DNA of 63,788 bases, the filler included, from Octopus bimaculoides (Eukaryota), in the NCBI RefSeq assembly GCF_001194135.2. It is 6 parts of 6 records of this genome, joined end to end, with 100 filler letters (N's around TTAATTAATTAA, not from the genome) between each part and the next. Parts side by side here need not be neighbours in the genome. Positions count along the whole stretch, not along the records: positions 1 to 31,088 come from NC_068996.1; 5 more parts are not named here. One strand, 5' to 3'. Shown here one piece after another: positions 1 through 11,500 of the stretch. The notes beneath the pieces are model-generated. The model searched no databases. It was given only the letters and a program-made list of their open reading frames with translations, and was not told the DNA's origin. Every line of letters begins with the position of its first letter. The stretch's first letter is position 1. Made by a program: the position numbers and the translations under genes.

Positions 1-204
1 GATGTCTGTAGTTTCCCCTTGATTACAATTAATACAGAAAAAATAGAAAAACAGTTACAAAGGTAGCAAAAAATCACACAAGTAAAAAGGGCGTAACACC
101 TTGTTTTTAAAGGTAGAAACTCCGGGTTTACGTGAAGTAATTTGTGTAATATATATATAAATAAATAAACGGAGCTAAACACAGGTGTTATTCAAATTCT
201 TTTA

Positions 205-291
205 CTTCTGACACATGTTTTGAAGATATCACTGGTATTATTCCAAAGGAATGAAATCGTGTAAATCAATGTGATCTTCTCTTCAGAGAAA
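205..291 (-). ncRNA. Type I hammerhead ribozyme motif in 3' pseudo-LTR (GAAA core mutated to AAAA)
   Basis: Minus strand reads UUUCU-CUGAAGA-GAAGAU..AUCUUC-AAAAC-AUGU-GUC-AGAAG. Stem I is UUUCU/AGAAG, stem II is GAAGAU/AUCUUC and stem III is AC/GU, with a GUC cleavage triplet. Confidence 0.75.
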
Positions 292-681
292 TGAAGAAAT
301 TAAACTCGTCAAGACATTTTAACAGAAAATGATGGATATGTATAGTGATTAGCTGAACGTTATTAAGTTTGTTTCCAAAAAACGTTAGAGGATATAACGT
401 CAAAGGTAGCCTATAGAAAGAGGAGGGGTAAAGGAAAGAGAAAAATCAGAAACCAAATAAATGAGAAGTATAGAGCGACATTTAAATTAGATGAAACCCT
501 GAAGTCTTGGAAAAAGATATGTCTAGTGGAAGTGAAATGTAAGAAGAAAATCAATGTTTAAATTATATATAATAGTAGATATCACTTATATGAACTAAAA
601 GTGTGTTTCTGCCAATGTTTACATCGGTAAACCGTGTTTGCAAGGGGATTTTTAGAAAAAAGTATAAAAAATAGTTTACAA

Positions 682-1317
682 TTACGGAGAAGACAATTTC
701 TTGCTTTTCTCATGGGGGAACGAAATTGAGAGAATCAACCAATCTAAATTAAATTGTTTATTATGATCTGTTAGATACCAAATTAATTTACTAAGCCCGG
801 TACTGTATTTACGTTTATTCCTATCCCTAAATATAGAGTAATGATTAGAAATTCTTTTAGATAACTGAGAAGAAGAACTACCTATATAAAAAATGACATC
901 AGTACCTGAAGTAATTTTACACTGGTATATAGAATTTTTAATTTTAGAGTTACTTGACATAAACTTAATTCTGTTGGAATTGACTTCAGAGACAATGACC
1001 TTCTTATTAATATTTCTAGGGAGACGGATGTTACTAGTTAAATTAATGTTAGTATTAGTAAATGCATTATTATTTAACAGAATAATATGATGTGAGGAGA
1101 TAATTTGTAAGAGATTTTTTGTGTTGGAAAACCCAATCCTAACCGTGTGTGAATTGATAATAGAGTAATACCTAGAATTCTTTGGAAAATTCCTAATAAT
1201 AGCTTCCCGAAACTGCAAAGGAAGATTAGATTTAATTTGCTTCCCATAAGGAATAATCAACCAAATAGTTTTACTATTAGTTGCCTTATTTTTTGTGTAA
1301 CTATCTTTAAAAGGCAT
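682..1317 (-). pseudogene. GIY-YIG endonuclease domain of a Penelope-like element (frameshifted at both ends)
   Basis: 211-aa ORF with the two-part GIY-YIG motif (IYQ..YIG) and the conserved R/H helix (KRISNH). Coding similarity continues in other frames upstream to about 1540 and downstream to about 600. Confidence 0.85.
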
Positions 1318-1613
1318 AGATTTACCTTTAAAATGAAAAATGGGTTTAAATAAGGGCTATCTCCCTTCCTCTGTTTGATGTTGGCATATAAATTAAAATT
1401 GATATCGTTTATATCCTTACAACTAGATTTCACGTCTCCATTAGTAAAGGTGGAATAAGATTGAATGGAATTGATGTAGGTAACTTTCTCTGTATAACCT
1501 GCTTTAAATAAGGCAAAGTTATAAAATTCAGCCTTATCATTGCGTTCAGTTCATCACTTCACATATCCATCATATACTGTTAAAATGTCTTATTGACGAG
1601 ATTTATTTCTTCA

Positions 1614-1700
1614 TTTCCCTGAAAAGAAGATTATATTGTTTTACACAATTTTATTGCTTTGAAATAATATCAATGATATCTTCGAAACATGTGTCGGAAG
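1614..1700 (+). ncRNA. Type I hammerhead ribozyme motif in inverted 5' pseudo-LTR (CUGANGA mutated to CUGAAAA)
   Basis: Plus strand reads UUUCC-CUGAAAA-GAAGAU..AUCUUC-GAAAC-AUGU-GUC-GGAAG, with all three stems pairable. Confidence 0.75.
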
Positions 1701-1939
1701 TAAAAGATTTTTGAATAACACCTGCGTTTAACTCTATTTATTATAAATATATATATATATATACATATATATATTTCTGTGTGAGTTAGAGGTTGGGAAG
1801 CCAACCAACCAAAAGGATAGTACCTATCCAATATACTGCTGGCAGTGTACCCAATTATTCATACCCAAGTGCTAGTTATTGTGTGGCAATCTCGCAACTG
1901 AGTATTATATATGGGCGAGGGTAAAAAGTGGTTTACCCA

Positions 1940-2600
1940 TGATGTATACGGCAAATAATAAAGTGAAGAGGATACAAAATGGACAGACATCACCCGGTAA
2001 ACATTCCAGTATGTCTATTTATTCCAATTTATTAAATGAATATATACACACATGTATTAGTGGTACTGATTATCAAGTAGAATGAGATGGTAATTACAAA
2101 ACAAGGGTGTGGAAGTATATAATCATATAGGAACAGGTGATTAATTGAGTAAATAAGCAAATGAGCAAATGAATAAATGAACAGATTGTCAGTAAAATCC
2201 GAATGGATGTGTAGGTGCTAGTTCCTTACGGCCGTTTCTGCTAAGAGGTAACGAAATATTCCAGGTTATCTCCATCTCTTCAGTGTTATATAGGGATGAG
2301 CAAGTAAGGCTTAGATGATGAATGTGCCTCTAGGCTTCTTCTTCAGAGGGTTAACACATATAAAAAACAAATAGCAATAGCTACAGTGTGTTTGTCTTTT
2401 TTTAAAAAGATAGGAGAAGAATAGGAGTAAGAATAAGAACAAGCATGAGAATGTAGGTGAAGTACATCTTAGTATAATGATTTGGATATGTATTCAACTA
2501 ATACTACGGAATAAATAGACATACTGAAATGTTTACCGGTTGATGTCTGTCGATTGTGTATTGTTTTCACTTTCTTATTTGGCGTATATATAAATATACA
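1940..2600 (-). mobile_element. Second Penelope-like terminal remnant: inverted repeats (1940-2045 / 2490-2600) enclosing a degenerate hammerhead-like motif
   Basis: ggacagacatcacccggtaaacattccagtatgtctatttattcc (1981-2025) is the reverse complement, with a few mismatches, of ggaataaatagacatactgaaatgtttaccggttgatgtctgtc (2508-2551). Minus strand 2349-2224 reads CCU-CUGAAGA...GAAAC-GGCC-GUA-AGG. Confidence 0.55.
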
Positions 2601-2800
2601 CCAGAGTAAGCACATAAATGCGAAACAAGGTGGAAAAAGTGGTACTCGAATACCGGAGGTAGAGTAATAAAGTATATACAGACACAGAGTTATTCTTGCC
2701 AGACACATTGCAGACTGAGATTATGCAGCAGAGAAAAGTTAAATGTCCTTGTCCTCAGCAACAAAGCTAAATGAGGTATGCACTCTGAGTGCGCAAATTA

Positions 2801-2846
<46 letters not shown>

Positions 2847-3515
2847 NNNNNNNNNNNNNNNNNNNNNNNNNNNNNNNNNNNNNNNNNNNNNNNNNNNNNN
2901 NNNNNNNNNNNNNNNNNNNNNNNNNNNNNNNNNNNNNNNNNNNNNNNNNNNNNNNNNNNNNNNNNNNNNNNNNNNNNNNNNNNNNNNNNNNNNNNNNNNN
3001 NNNNNNNNNNNNNNNNNNNNNNNNNNNNNNNNNNNNNNNNNNNNNNNNNNNNNNNNNNNNNNNNNNNNNNNNNNNNNNNNNNNNNNNNNNNNNNNNNNNN
3101 NNNNNNNNNNNNNNNNNNNNNNNNNNNNNNNNNNNNNNNNNNNNNNNNNNNNNNNNNNNNNNNNNNNNNNNNNNNNNNNNNNNNNNNNNNNNNNNNNNNN
3201 NNNNNNNNNNNNNNNNNNNAATAGACATACTGAAATGTTTACCGGTTGATGTCTGTCGATTGTGTATTGTTTTCACTTTCTTATTTGGCGTATATATAAA
3301 TATACACCAGAGTAAGCACATAAATGCGAAACAAGGTGGAAAAAGTGGTACTCGAATACCGGAGGTAGAGTAATAAAGTATATACAGACACAGAGTTATT
3401 CTTGCCAGACACATTGCAGACTGAGATTATGCAGCAGAGAAAAGTTAAATGTCCTTGTCCTCAGCAACAAAGCTAAATGAGGTATGCACTCTGAGTGCGC
3501 AAATTATATATGTAT
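2516..3515. repeat. Near-identical ~295-bp duplication flanking an N gap (2516-2810 / 3220-3515), probable assembly overlap
   Basis: The same sequence appears on both sides of the gap at 2847-3219. Confidence 0.85.
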
Positions 3516-4305
3516 ATCCGTCATATACGTGTCTGTCAATGTTTATCTTTAGTTTTGAAATAGCTTGAAAAACAACGTTTGTAGTTACATCCTGTTACCT
3601 ATCAGTTCGATAAATAGAGATCGCTAAAATGAATCCCAGACTTTAAATTATGTACTAGTTCGATATGAATGACTGTAAACCCTCAAAGTGATACAACATC
3701 ATGGCCGCATTCTAATGAATAAAATAAGCGAAAGAGTAAACGGATATGTGCGTACGTGTATTCATGTAAAGACAAGGTGGAAGTGATGATGGCGGACATA
3801 TGAAGTTTGTAAATCTCTTGAGTAAGTTTCGCTCTTCTATCTTTGGTATGATATACATATATGTGTGTGTAAGTATGTATGCATGTATATGTATATATGA
3901 GTGGAAATTGGTTCCGTAATTGGTAAGTAGCCTCCTTTTGAATTGTTGACTGACTGACAGACAGACAGTCAGACAGTAACCTTGAACATATGAAGAGAGT
4001 TCACTTGAAAAGTTTCAGTAAAGCAATACTCTATGAAGTTTGATGGTCTCTTTTCCGCCTTCCTCATCACCGCCACCACAACCACCACCACCAGCACTGC
4101 AACTCCGCAAAGCAAACATAAATAAATAAGTAAAGAATTAAAGAGAAATAAAAAAGAAAATAATCCATGAAGTTTTCATAGACGCCGTTATCATCATCAT
4201 TACGATCGCCATTTTCTTCTTTGCTACTATTCCTACGAGTAACACTATTTCATCGTGATTGTCGTTGTTGCCAACTGTATCGTCGTCGCTGTCGTTGAAT
4301 CGTCG

Positions 4306-4347
<42 letters not shown>

Positions 4348-4978
4348 CCAATCATCATTTTCACCACCAATCATCATCATCATCATAGTTTTAATATCCG
4401 GTATTTCATGTTGGTATGGGATACCCGGATCTATGTCATAATTGTCCCTTTTTCTTTTACAGTAGATAAATTATGAAATCCTCACACAACACACAGAAAG
4501 ATAAGAAGACAGGGAGAGAGAGAGAGAGAGAGAGAAAGAAGGAAAGTGAAAGAGGGAGAGAGAGGGCAGAGGCACAGTAACAGACTGACAGACAGATAAA
4601 CAGAGAGAGGGAATGAAATAGATTGAAGAAGAAAAGGGACAGAAGGGAAAAAATTGTTTTTGGAATATAATTTATAAACCAATGCACTAAAAGACTTCAA
4701 ATACATTAAAAAAAATAAACGGTTGCTTTTTTCAGGGTTATTGTGATCACAAACAACATGACTGTGACGTCATATATTGCTTCACTTTAAATCGTAGTAT
4801 TTTGTAGTTAATTACTCAGGGATTTGAAGTATTCTATTGAAAGTAATTGTTTGAATGAGTAAACTTTGTACTGAGATGCTGGTACTTAACACATTGGTGA
4901 GGTTTCTGGTTAGCAAATGCCAACAAGATGTTAATATATGATGCCAGAGCCTCTCAGTATTGCATAATGTAACTGTTA

Positions 4979-4980
<2 letters not shown>

Positions 4981-5060
<80 letters not shown>
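4981..5060. repeat. (GT)n microsatellite
   Basis: About 40 perfect GT units. Confidence 0.98.
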
Positions 5061-5065
<5 letters not shown>

Positions 5066-5484
5066 CGTGTTTTGCTGTTTTGGGTGGAGCATATATTTAT
5101 ATGAAGGCCAGTCTATTCTGTTTGTTATTTCTATCAGCTATCAGCTATTTATTATCCGGTTGCACGAGAAAGAAGGATGCAACCCGCAGCCGGCTTTTGG
5201 CTAAGAATGAATTATCAAAAGATTTAGCGGAAGACTGTTAGAGAATATGATATCCAAAGAGGCAATATTATGATGAAATTAATTCCCCGTGTGCCGAATC
5301 AACTAAATATGTGCTAACACAGCAACGTGGTTGTTCATTTGATATCAGATGTGTTTGGTAGGAGAGAATTTGATTCTAAAAAATTTCTGAAGAGAAAAAA
5401 ACAAGAAGCAATTATCTTATATCATCTGATATGGCACCATAGAAGTTAAACCTACACGAAATCAGATCATTATAATTAGCATTA

Positions 5485-5745
5485 ATCGACTTATCTCCGC
5501 CCCTCTAAAATTGCTGGCCTTGTGCCGATATCAGAAACCATTGGAGATTTAAGATAATAGGTGAATGTGTGTGGAACAAAGTTTTTTTTAAAAAGAATTT
5601 AGGTTAAGCCGTGCCCTTGACGTTCTGAGTTCAAATTCCAGTATGGTCGACTTTCATTTATCTAGTATCGATATAACATGGTTGCTAATAAGCTGGAAGT
5701 CGATTTAATAGATGATATCACACATTTATAACATTGTAACCTTAC
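5485..5745 (+). mobile_element. Degenerate family-B tRNA-derived SINE pieces
   Basis: Tail aaattgctggccttgtgccg near 5510, followed by gacgttctgagttcaaattcc..gtcgactttc near 5620-5655. Confidence 0.6.
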
Positions 5746-6843
5746 ACCAATGTAAGAATTTATTTGAATCACATCTGAGGATACTACCAAGAACAGAACA
5801 TTAAACATCATTAATGTTTTAATAAGGAGAGATAATGGTATTTTTATGTATTTCTAGGAGAACCATAAATATAGCAACCTTTTAATTAGTCAAAGAGTGA
5901 AGGGCAGTACGCATGATCCTTTTTCTCAGAGACTCAACGACTAGTGAAAAGAGAGGAAGTTACATCAGAGGACTTTACTAAAGACTCCTATCTGGTGGCG
6001 ATATTAGACTGGAAGACCAGTTAAGACCAAATCCAACAACAGTAATGGAATGAATAAAAGTGATTCCTTTTGAGCTGCTGTTGATGTTTTTATCATTTGG
6101 CAGTTGTGTTTGCTTTGGTAGGGCAATCTTAAGATCAGAGTACCCCCAGCTTTTTTTTTTCTAGATTGCATACCTAAGATTATGTTATATAAAATTAAAT
6201 GCGTCTTAACTTTTTTGGATGACAAAATGTAACTAAGAGCGGGTATTTTTAACAGGTCAAGTAAATAGCAAAATAATATTCTCGCCTGGTGGTTGCAAAG
6301 ACGTTATCTTCAAGTCGCGTGGAAAAGAATCCAGTTTAAATAAACAATATACTTAATGCCATGTATTGAGTACACAACTGCTGATTAGCTGACAAACTAT
6401 TGAATTTAAGCGAACTTTCAGTCGCTGATTTTGCTTCTACTATACAGAATTTCAATTTAGCAAACAAAATAAAAACTTCAACATCTGTCTATCACTCTAT
6501 CTACCCACCCATTTATCTGTCTTTCTTTCTCTCTCTCTCTCTCTCTCTCTNNNNNNNNNNNNNNNNNNNNNNNNNNNNNNNNNNNNNNNNNNNNNNNNNN
6601 NNNNNNNNNNNNNNNNNNNNNNNNNNNNNNNNNNNNNNNNNNNNNNNNNNNNNNNNNNNNNNNNNNNNNNNNNNNNNNNNNNNNNNNNNNNNNNNNNNNN
6701 NNNNNNNNNNNNNNNNNNNNNNNNNNNNNNNNNNNNNNNNNNNNNNNNNNNNNNNNNNNNNNNNNNNNNNNNNNNNNNNNNNNNNNNNNNNNNNNNNNNN
6801 NNNNNNNNNNNNNNNNNNNNNNNNNNNNNNNNNNNNNNNNNNN

Positions 6844-7147
6844 TCTTCTACTATAGCCTCGGGCCGACCAAAGCCTTGTGAGTGGATTTGGTAGACGGAA
6901 ACTGAAAGAAGCCCGTCGTATATATGTGTGTGTGTGTTTGTGTGTCTTGTGTTTGTCCCCCTAGCATTGCTTGACAAACGATGCTGGTGTGTTTACGTCC
7001 CTGTAACTTAGCTGTTCGGCAAAAGGGACCGAAAGAATAAGTACTAGGCTTACAAAAAATAAGTCCTGGGGTCGATTTGCTCGACTAAAGGCGGTGCTCC
7101 AGCATGGCCGCAGTCAAATGACTGAAACAAGTAAAAGAGTAAAAGAG
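6844..7147 (+). mobile_element. Family-A SINE (head lost in gap), CR1/L2-type tail
   Basis: ctatagcctcgggccgaccaaagccttgtgagtggatttggtagacggaaactg..(TG)n..ataagtactagg..ctggggtcgatttgctcgactaaaggcggtgctccagcatggccgcagtc..ctgaaac, repeated many times in the window. Confidence 0.9.
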
Positions 7148-7861
7148 ATATATTTACATATTTACATATACCCACCCGCCTGTCTTCTATTTATATTTGT
7201 ATATCATTCTAACTGTTCATCTTTTTTTACAAAGCACAGCATCTACTTTCGAAATATGATCTTCGTCTGTCATTGTGGAAGTTCATGTACACATGTGGGA
7301 TTGTCAAATTTGAGTAGATCTTCTTGATCCGAATCGCACGTGCTTTTCCTGACATTGCATGTGCCGCAAACCATATTTATTGGTATTTTCCAAACAAGCA
7401 TCCGTAAACGTTTTTCCCAATTAGAAACAGAATTTCACACAAACAATTTAGTCCTCCAAACCCTTCATTGCCCAGGTTGCCACAAAAAGACAAGAGCACC
7501 AAACAATTGTTTGGAGTGAAGTGTAGCGACTATTATCAGACTGAACATCAAGGGAATCCAGATACAGTACAACAGTCAGGAGCGGACGTTTTGCGTATTA
7601 ATATACGCATCTGTACATAAGTATACACAGATGTCATGCTGTACACGCTTGCATGATGAACTAGAGGAATACTTACAAAACCCTCAGTAGGAAGTGAACA
7701 ATTTGTTTAGTTACCTTGGCATCCACCTTATGATTAAACATATCATATGTTTGTGCATATAGCCTGTATACAGTTGATATATATATATATATATATATAT
7801 GTAGTTCCAGGTATGTATATGTGTGTGTGTGTCTGTAGGTAGTGTATATATTTTTTTTATC

Positions 7862-8085
7862 TTTTACTAGTTTCCGTTAGTAGACTGCGGCCCTGCTGAG
7901 GCTCCACTTTCAAGAATTTATAGTGGAATGAATCGAACCCAGTATTTATTCTTTGTTAAACCTGGTACTTATTCTAATTGTCACTTTTGTCGGAACGCTA
8001 AGTTACAGGAGCGTAAACACACCAACACCGGTTGTCGTGCGGTAGTGAAGAACACAAAGACATATACATGTATATATATATATAT
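7862..8085 (-). mobile_element. Family-A SINE, 3' half
   Basis: Reverse complement of the family-A core and tail (gtacttattc, gctaagttac, gtaaacacaccaacaccggttgtc). Confidence 0.75.
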
Positions 8086-8191
8086 ATTTAAGCTTACGTC
8101 GATTCCTCCCTGGTGTTGTTTTGCATTTATAATAAAATAAATATATGCAAACTATAAAAATAATAAATAAAAAAATACACAGTACAGTACT

Positions 8192-8272
8192 GTTTCTACT
8201 TCGCGGATTTTCACCTATCGCGCGGTGATGTGAGGGGAATGTAATACCTGTGATAATCGAGGGATTACTGTA
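8192..8272 (-). mobile_element. One end of a pogo/Tigger-like MITE
   Basis: Minus strand begins TA-CAGTAATCCCTCG..ATCAC..AAAATCCGCGAAGTAG, a TA-flanked Tigger-like terminus. The second TIR was not found. Confidence 0.5.
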
Positions 8273-8404
8273 CAAATAGAAAATTAGAAAATATGATATA
8301 ACAGAAACTCACATGCAAACACACGCGCGAGCGAGAACACGCACGTAAATACGAAATTGACGATTACGTATATTCCAAACTCCTCTCAAATAAGAAGTCG
8401 TACT

Positions 8405-8470
8405 TGATAAATTTTAAACGGTTAGTAGCCCGCACTCTTAACCACTATGTCATATGCCCGTGGGCAACAA
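8405..8470 (-). mobile_element. Isolated tRNA-derived SINE head (family C)
   Basis: Minus strand gggcatatgacatagtggttaagagtgcgggctactaacc resembles a tRNA 5' half with an A box. Confidence 0.5.
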
Positions 8471-8984
8471 ACAAGTATCCGTCAAATGTAAATAATGTAC
8501 ATAATTCCTCATCTCTTAAATATAGAACTGCATAAATATGAACTTATTAACCTATCAAAAATCGAAGTGGGTAAAAGGAAATAAGTACTTCCTAGAAATA
8601 ATATAAAAAATGAAGAATCCACAGGTTTATCTCTATAGAATAATGTCACGAGGGTAATTGAGTAGATCAATTATATAGAGAAAAATATTTTTTAGTTTCC
8701 CCAGATCGATATTGTAGAATTTTAATCGTCTATCGCAAACACCTCCCAAAACCTGTAGTTTAACTTTAGTTAGACTATCGTTATTTTGACTGATAGAATT
8801 TTGTAATGTTTACTAAAAAAAACATTTTCGTTGCTGAATGAAAAAGAATAAAGTGATGAGCTATTTAATGCCACCAATGGAAAACTAGAAGGAATCTAAA
8901 TGTTGAACTTCGTAAAATGTTAGAGAAACAAATCTATCCGTTTCTTGCAATACATACCAATACACACATTAATAAAAAAAAAAT

Positions 8985-9095
8985 TTTCAGGGACCCTTGA
9001 AATATTATTGTGAATCCCCAATTTACATTCTTGTCGCGTGGATCCGCAGAAATATCATATGGACCCACGGGGGCCATATAGATTGAGAACCGCTG
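8985..9095 (-). mobile_element. One end of a hAT/Charlie-like MITE
   Basis: Minus-strand terminus CAGCGGTTCTCAA (9095-9083) matches the CAGTGGTTCTCAA-type hAT TIR. Confidence 0.5.
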
Positions 9096-9204
9096 ATCTA
9101 AATATTGACAGGTACTGGTTGAATCGATGAGCTAATTACATCCAGTGATATGAACTTCTACGTTGTAGATAACTGTAGGACAGGTTTAATAAAATTATTT
9201 TCAG

Positions 9205-9246
9205 AGTTTACTTCCAGAAAATAAAATCATCACCTTCAGAACTAAG
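9205..9246 (+). CDS. Candidate 42-nt host exon (phase 2-2; VYFQKIKSSPSEL)
   Basis: Acceptor attattttcag, donor AAG|gtaaac, open frame compatible with the next candidate exon. No protein family recognised. Confidence 0.3.
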
Positions 9247-9477
9247 GTAAACATAATACATTTCTCATATATATACATATATAAACAGGGTAAACACTAA
9301 TTCTGCTAGCCATGGTTCTAGTGGCTTTTGGGACTCACATATTGTAACACTAACTAATGAGGAAAATCTGTGTTTCATCAAATCTGTCTGCTCCCTTACA
9401 TCTATGGCTTTTTAATAAAAGAGATAGGTCACAGCTCCATGAATCTTACTTCGAGAAATGGAGACATATTTTGACAG

Positions 9478-9603
9478 ATATCAACCAGGGATTCCTTTAA
9501 CATTTTCTACGACTACATATGGAAGCTCTGTTGAGATTACTACTACTAACATTAAGACAAGCACCTTCCGTGCCACTTTCAAAGTAACTTTCGTGGAACG
9601 CAA
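9478..9603 (+). CDS. Candidate 126-nt host exon (phase 2-2; YQPGIPLTFSTTTYGSSVEITTTNIKTSTFRATFKVTFVER), beta-strand-like extracellular domain
   Basis: Acceptor atattttgacag, donor CAA|gtaaat, 41 open codons in non-repetitive DNA, alternating hydrophobic pattern. Confidence 0.35.
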
Positions 9604-9677
9604 GTAAATATTACAAATGGCCATTATAAAAAGAAAAGAAAAGAAAGAAAAATATTTCTTAATATTTGTAGACAAAA

Positions 9678-9890
9678 AAGGCAGCGAACTGGTAGAATCG
9701 TTAGCACACCGAGCGAAATACTTAGCGGTATTTCGTCAGTCTTGACGATCTGAGTTCAAATTCCGCTTAGGTCGACTGTACTTTTCATCTCTTGGAGCCA
9801 ATAAAATAAGTACCAGTTGAACACTGGATCAATATGATCGACTTAGTTCCCCACACCCAAACCTGCTTGCCTTGTGCCAAAATTGAAGAC
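9678..9890 (+). mobile_element. Family-B SINE with B2 tail
   Basis: A-box ctggtagaatcgttagc, B-box gagttcaaattcc, core ataagtaccag..gatcgactta, tail gccttgtgccaaaattgaa. Confidence 0.88.
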
Positions 9891-10089
9891 TAATATATAT
9901 AGACAAACCTTTCTTCTACTTCAGGTAATAAGTTAGATGTTCGAATGTCGCAAAGTCTTTCAGTGGAAAAAAAATGAAAATATTTTTGTTTTTCCTTCTT
10001 CGTGTGTTTAATGTTGAGGGAAAATATCTCCTACACAGAGTTCTGTGAAACGTGACAGTTCATAGCGATGTTTCAGTCGTCAATATAGA

Positions 10090-10331
10090 ACGATGAAGAA
10101 AATGTAAACAAAGAGAGCAAAAGTCAGTTGATTTCATCAGACATTTCACTAAAGGTTGAAATAGGAGAAGGTCTAACGTACGTTATTCCGATCAGAATTA
10201 CACCATTTCCCTGTAATAACATCTGTGTTTCTAACGCTATACCAGGAAGCCCAATCGTTTCCACACGGCCGGATTTTGAAGAAAAAAAATTCTCTGTGTT
10301 AGTGCAGAGAACTTCATATTCCAGACGTTGA
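10090..10331 (+). CDS. Possible host exon (open frame NDEENV..ISLKVEIGEGLTYVIPIRITPFPCNNIC..)
   Basis: About 80 stop-free codons in unique AT-rich DNA, with possible acceptors at 10089 and 10140. Phase does not match exon 9478-9603 directly. Confidence 0.2.
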
Positions 10332-11331
10332 AATATTTACCTAAGATGGTTTCCACTGCATCAACAACAGCAATTTGTAACTCCTGCTACGACCTATAAT
10401 TTATCTGGCGTACATGTCGGATCAATAAATGTTTATGCGAGTGTTCATACTTGAATTAATTGCAGCAAAGAAATATTTTCTTAGAGACAACAAAATACTT
10501 TCAATGTCATGGCTTTAGTTTAAGGAGATAAATTCACTGGGAACCGGTGAATGAAAAGTATCCGTTCACATTTATGGCAGCTGATGACGTACGCATCTGC
10601 TACATTAATGATCTGTCACGGTAGAGTTGCCTTTCTTTATGTTCCAAGTTCAAATTATGCTGATGCTGACGTTCAATCTTATATCACCAGGATCAAGGAA
10701 ATATATAATAATTCTAAATAAAGTTCAAGTCATTCAACTGTATCATTTGTTATATATTTGTGACATAAAGTTAGAAATTGTCACGGTTAGAATCAATCTT
10801 TAGAACATATGTCAAGGAAATACCAAGTATGAAACAACTCGGTTACATTAGTAAGTTATATATACACCTTGCGTTTCGAATATGAGCACATACATATGTT
10901 GGTGTGATGATTATTCATACGTGCCTTCTTTTTGTTGTCCCAAGAGAAGACATTCTTGAATTTATTGGTGATGGTAATAGAGTACAAATTGCAATGCATA
11001 TACTTGTCTTGACTTTCGATTATACGCACATGAATTCGTGTAAAGCTAAAATGACACAAGCCTTTGGTTGTCCCAAGAGAAGGAATTGTCGAACTTCCAG
11101 ATGATGATAGTATACACCACTAAAATTTTGTAACTATTTTGGTTGAGAGGAAGAAAGAAAATGCGCAGAGAATGATGTGTTACTTACATCATACATTTTC
11201 AAGGACGAATTGTAGTGCCAAACGAAGCACAACATTCAAGAACTACGAATATACGTCCAGTACATTTTAAAACTTTTGTAAGGATTTCAAATACAGCTTC
11301 TTTGTAAATTAATAATTAATTTTAAGAATGA

Positions 11332-11500
11332 GAAGGCGAGGAGCTCACAGAATCGTTAGCACGCTGGGCAAAATGCTTAGTGCTATTTCGCCCGTTTTTG
11401 TGTTCTGAGTTCAAATGCCACTGAGGTCGACTGTGCGTTTCAGCCTTTCGAAGTCGACAAAATAAGTACTAGTTAAGCACGGAGATGGAAGTAATTGACT
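11332..11500 (+). mobile_element. Family-B SINE head + core (no tail) directly upstream of the Tx1 LINE
   Basis: aaggcgaggagctcacagaatcgttagcacgctgggcaaaatgcttag..gagttcaaatgcc..gaggtcgac..ataagtactag. Confidence 0.85.

Larger units (their letters stand above)
150..1760 (-). mobile_element. 5'-truncated Penelope-like retroelement (RT thumb remnant + GIY-YIG endonuclease) bounded by inverted pseudo-LTR copies
   Basis: Minus-strand translation gives YNFALFKAGYTEKVTY (about 1480-1525), NSHTVRIGFSNTKNLLQII, IYQCKI..FYIGSSS..KRISNH, TGLSKLIWYL and a frameshifted CKHWQKH near 600-630, all typical of the Penelope-like C-terminal half. 150-360 and 1543-1760 are inverted copies, roughly 85% identical by eye. 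Confidence 0.9.

Noticed and set aside
2516-3515. Apparent tandem duplication or LTR pair
   Set aside because: Near-identical copies flank a gap, so this is most likely unmerged contig overlap. The same pattern occurs at 37448/37529, 53325/53894 and 54790/54846.
4734-4793. Cys-rich candidate exon GYCDHKQHDCDVIYCFTLN
   Set aside because: Good acceptor but weak donor, and no compatible neighbouring exon.
9690-9760. tRNA genes suggested by A-box and B-box motifs
   Set aside because: These are SINE heads with no cloverleaf or acceptor stem.
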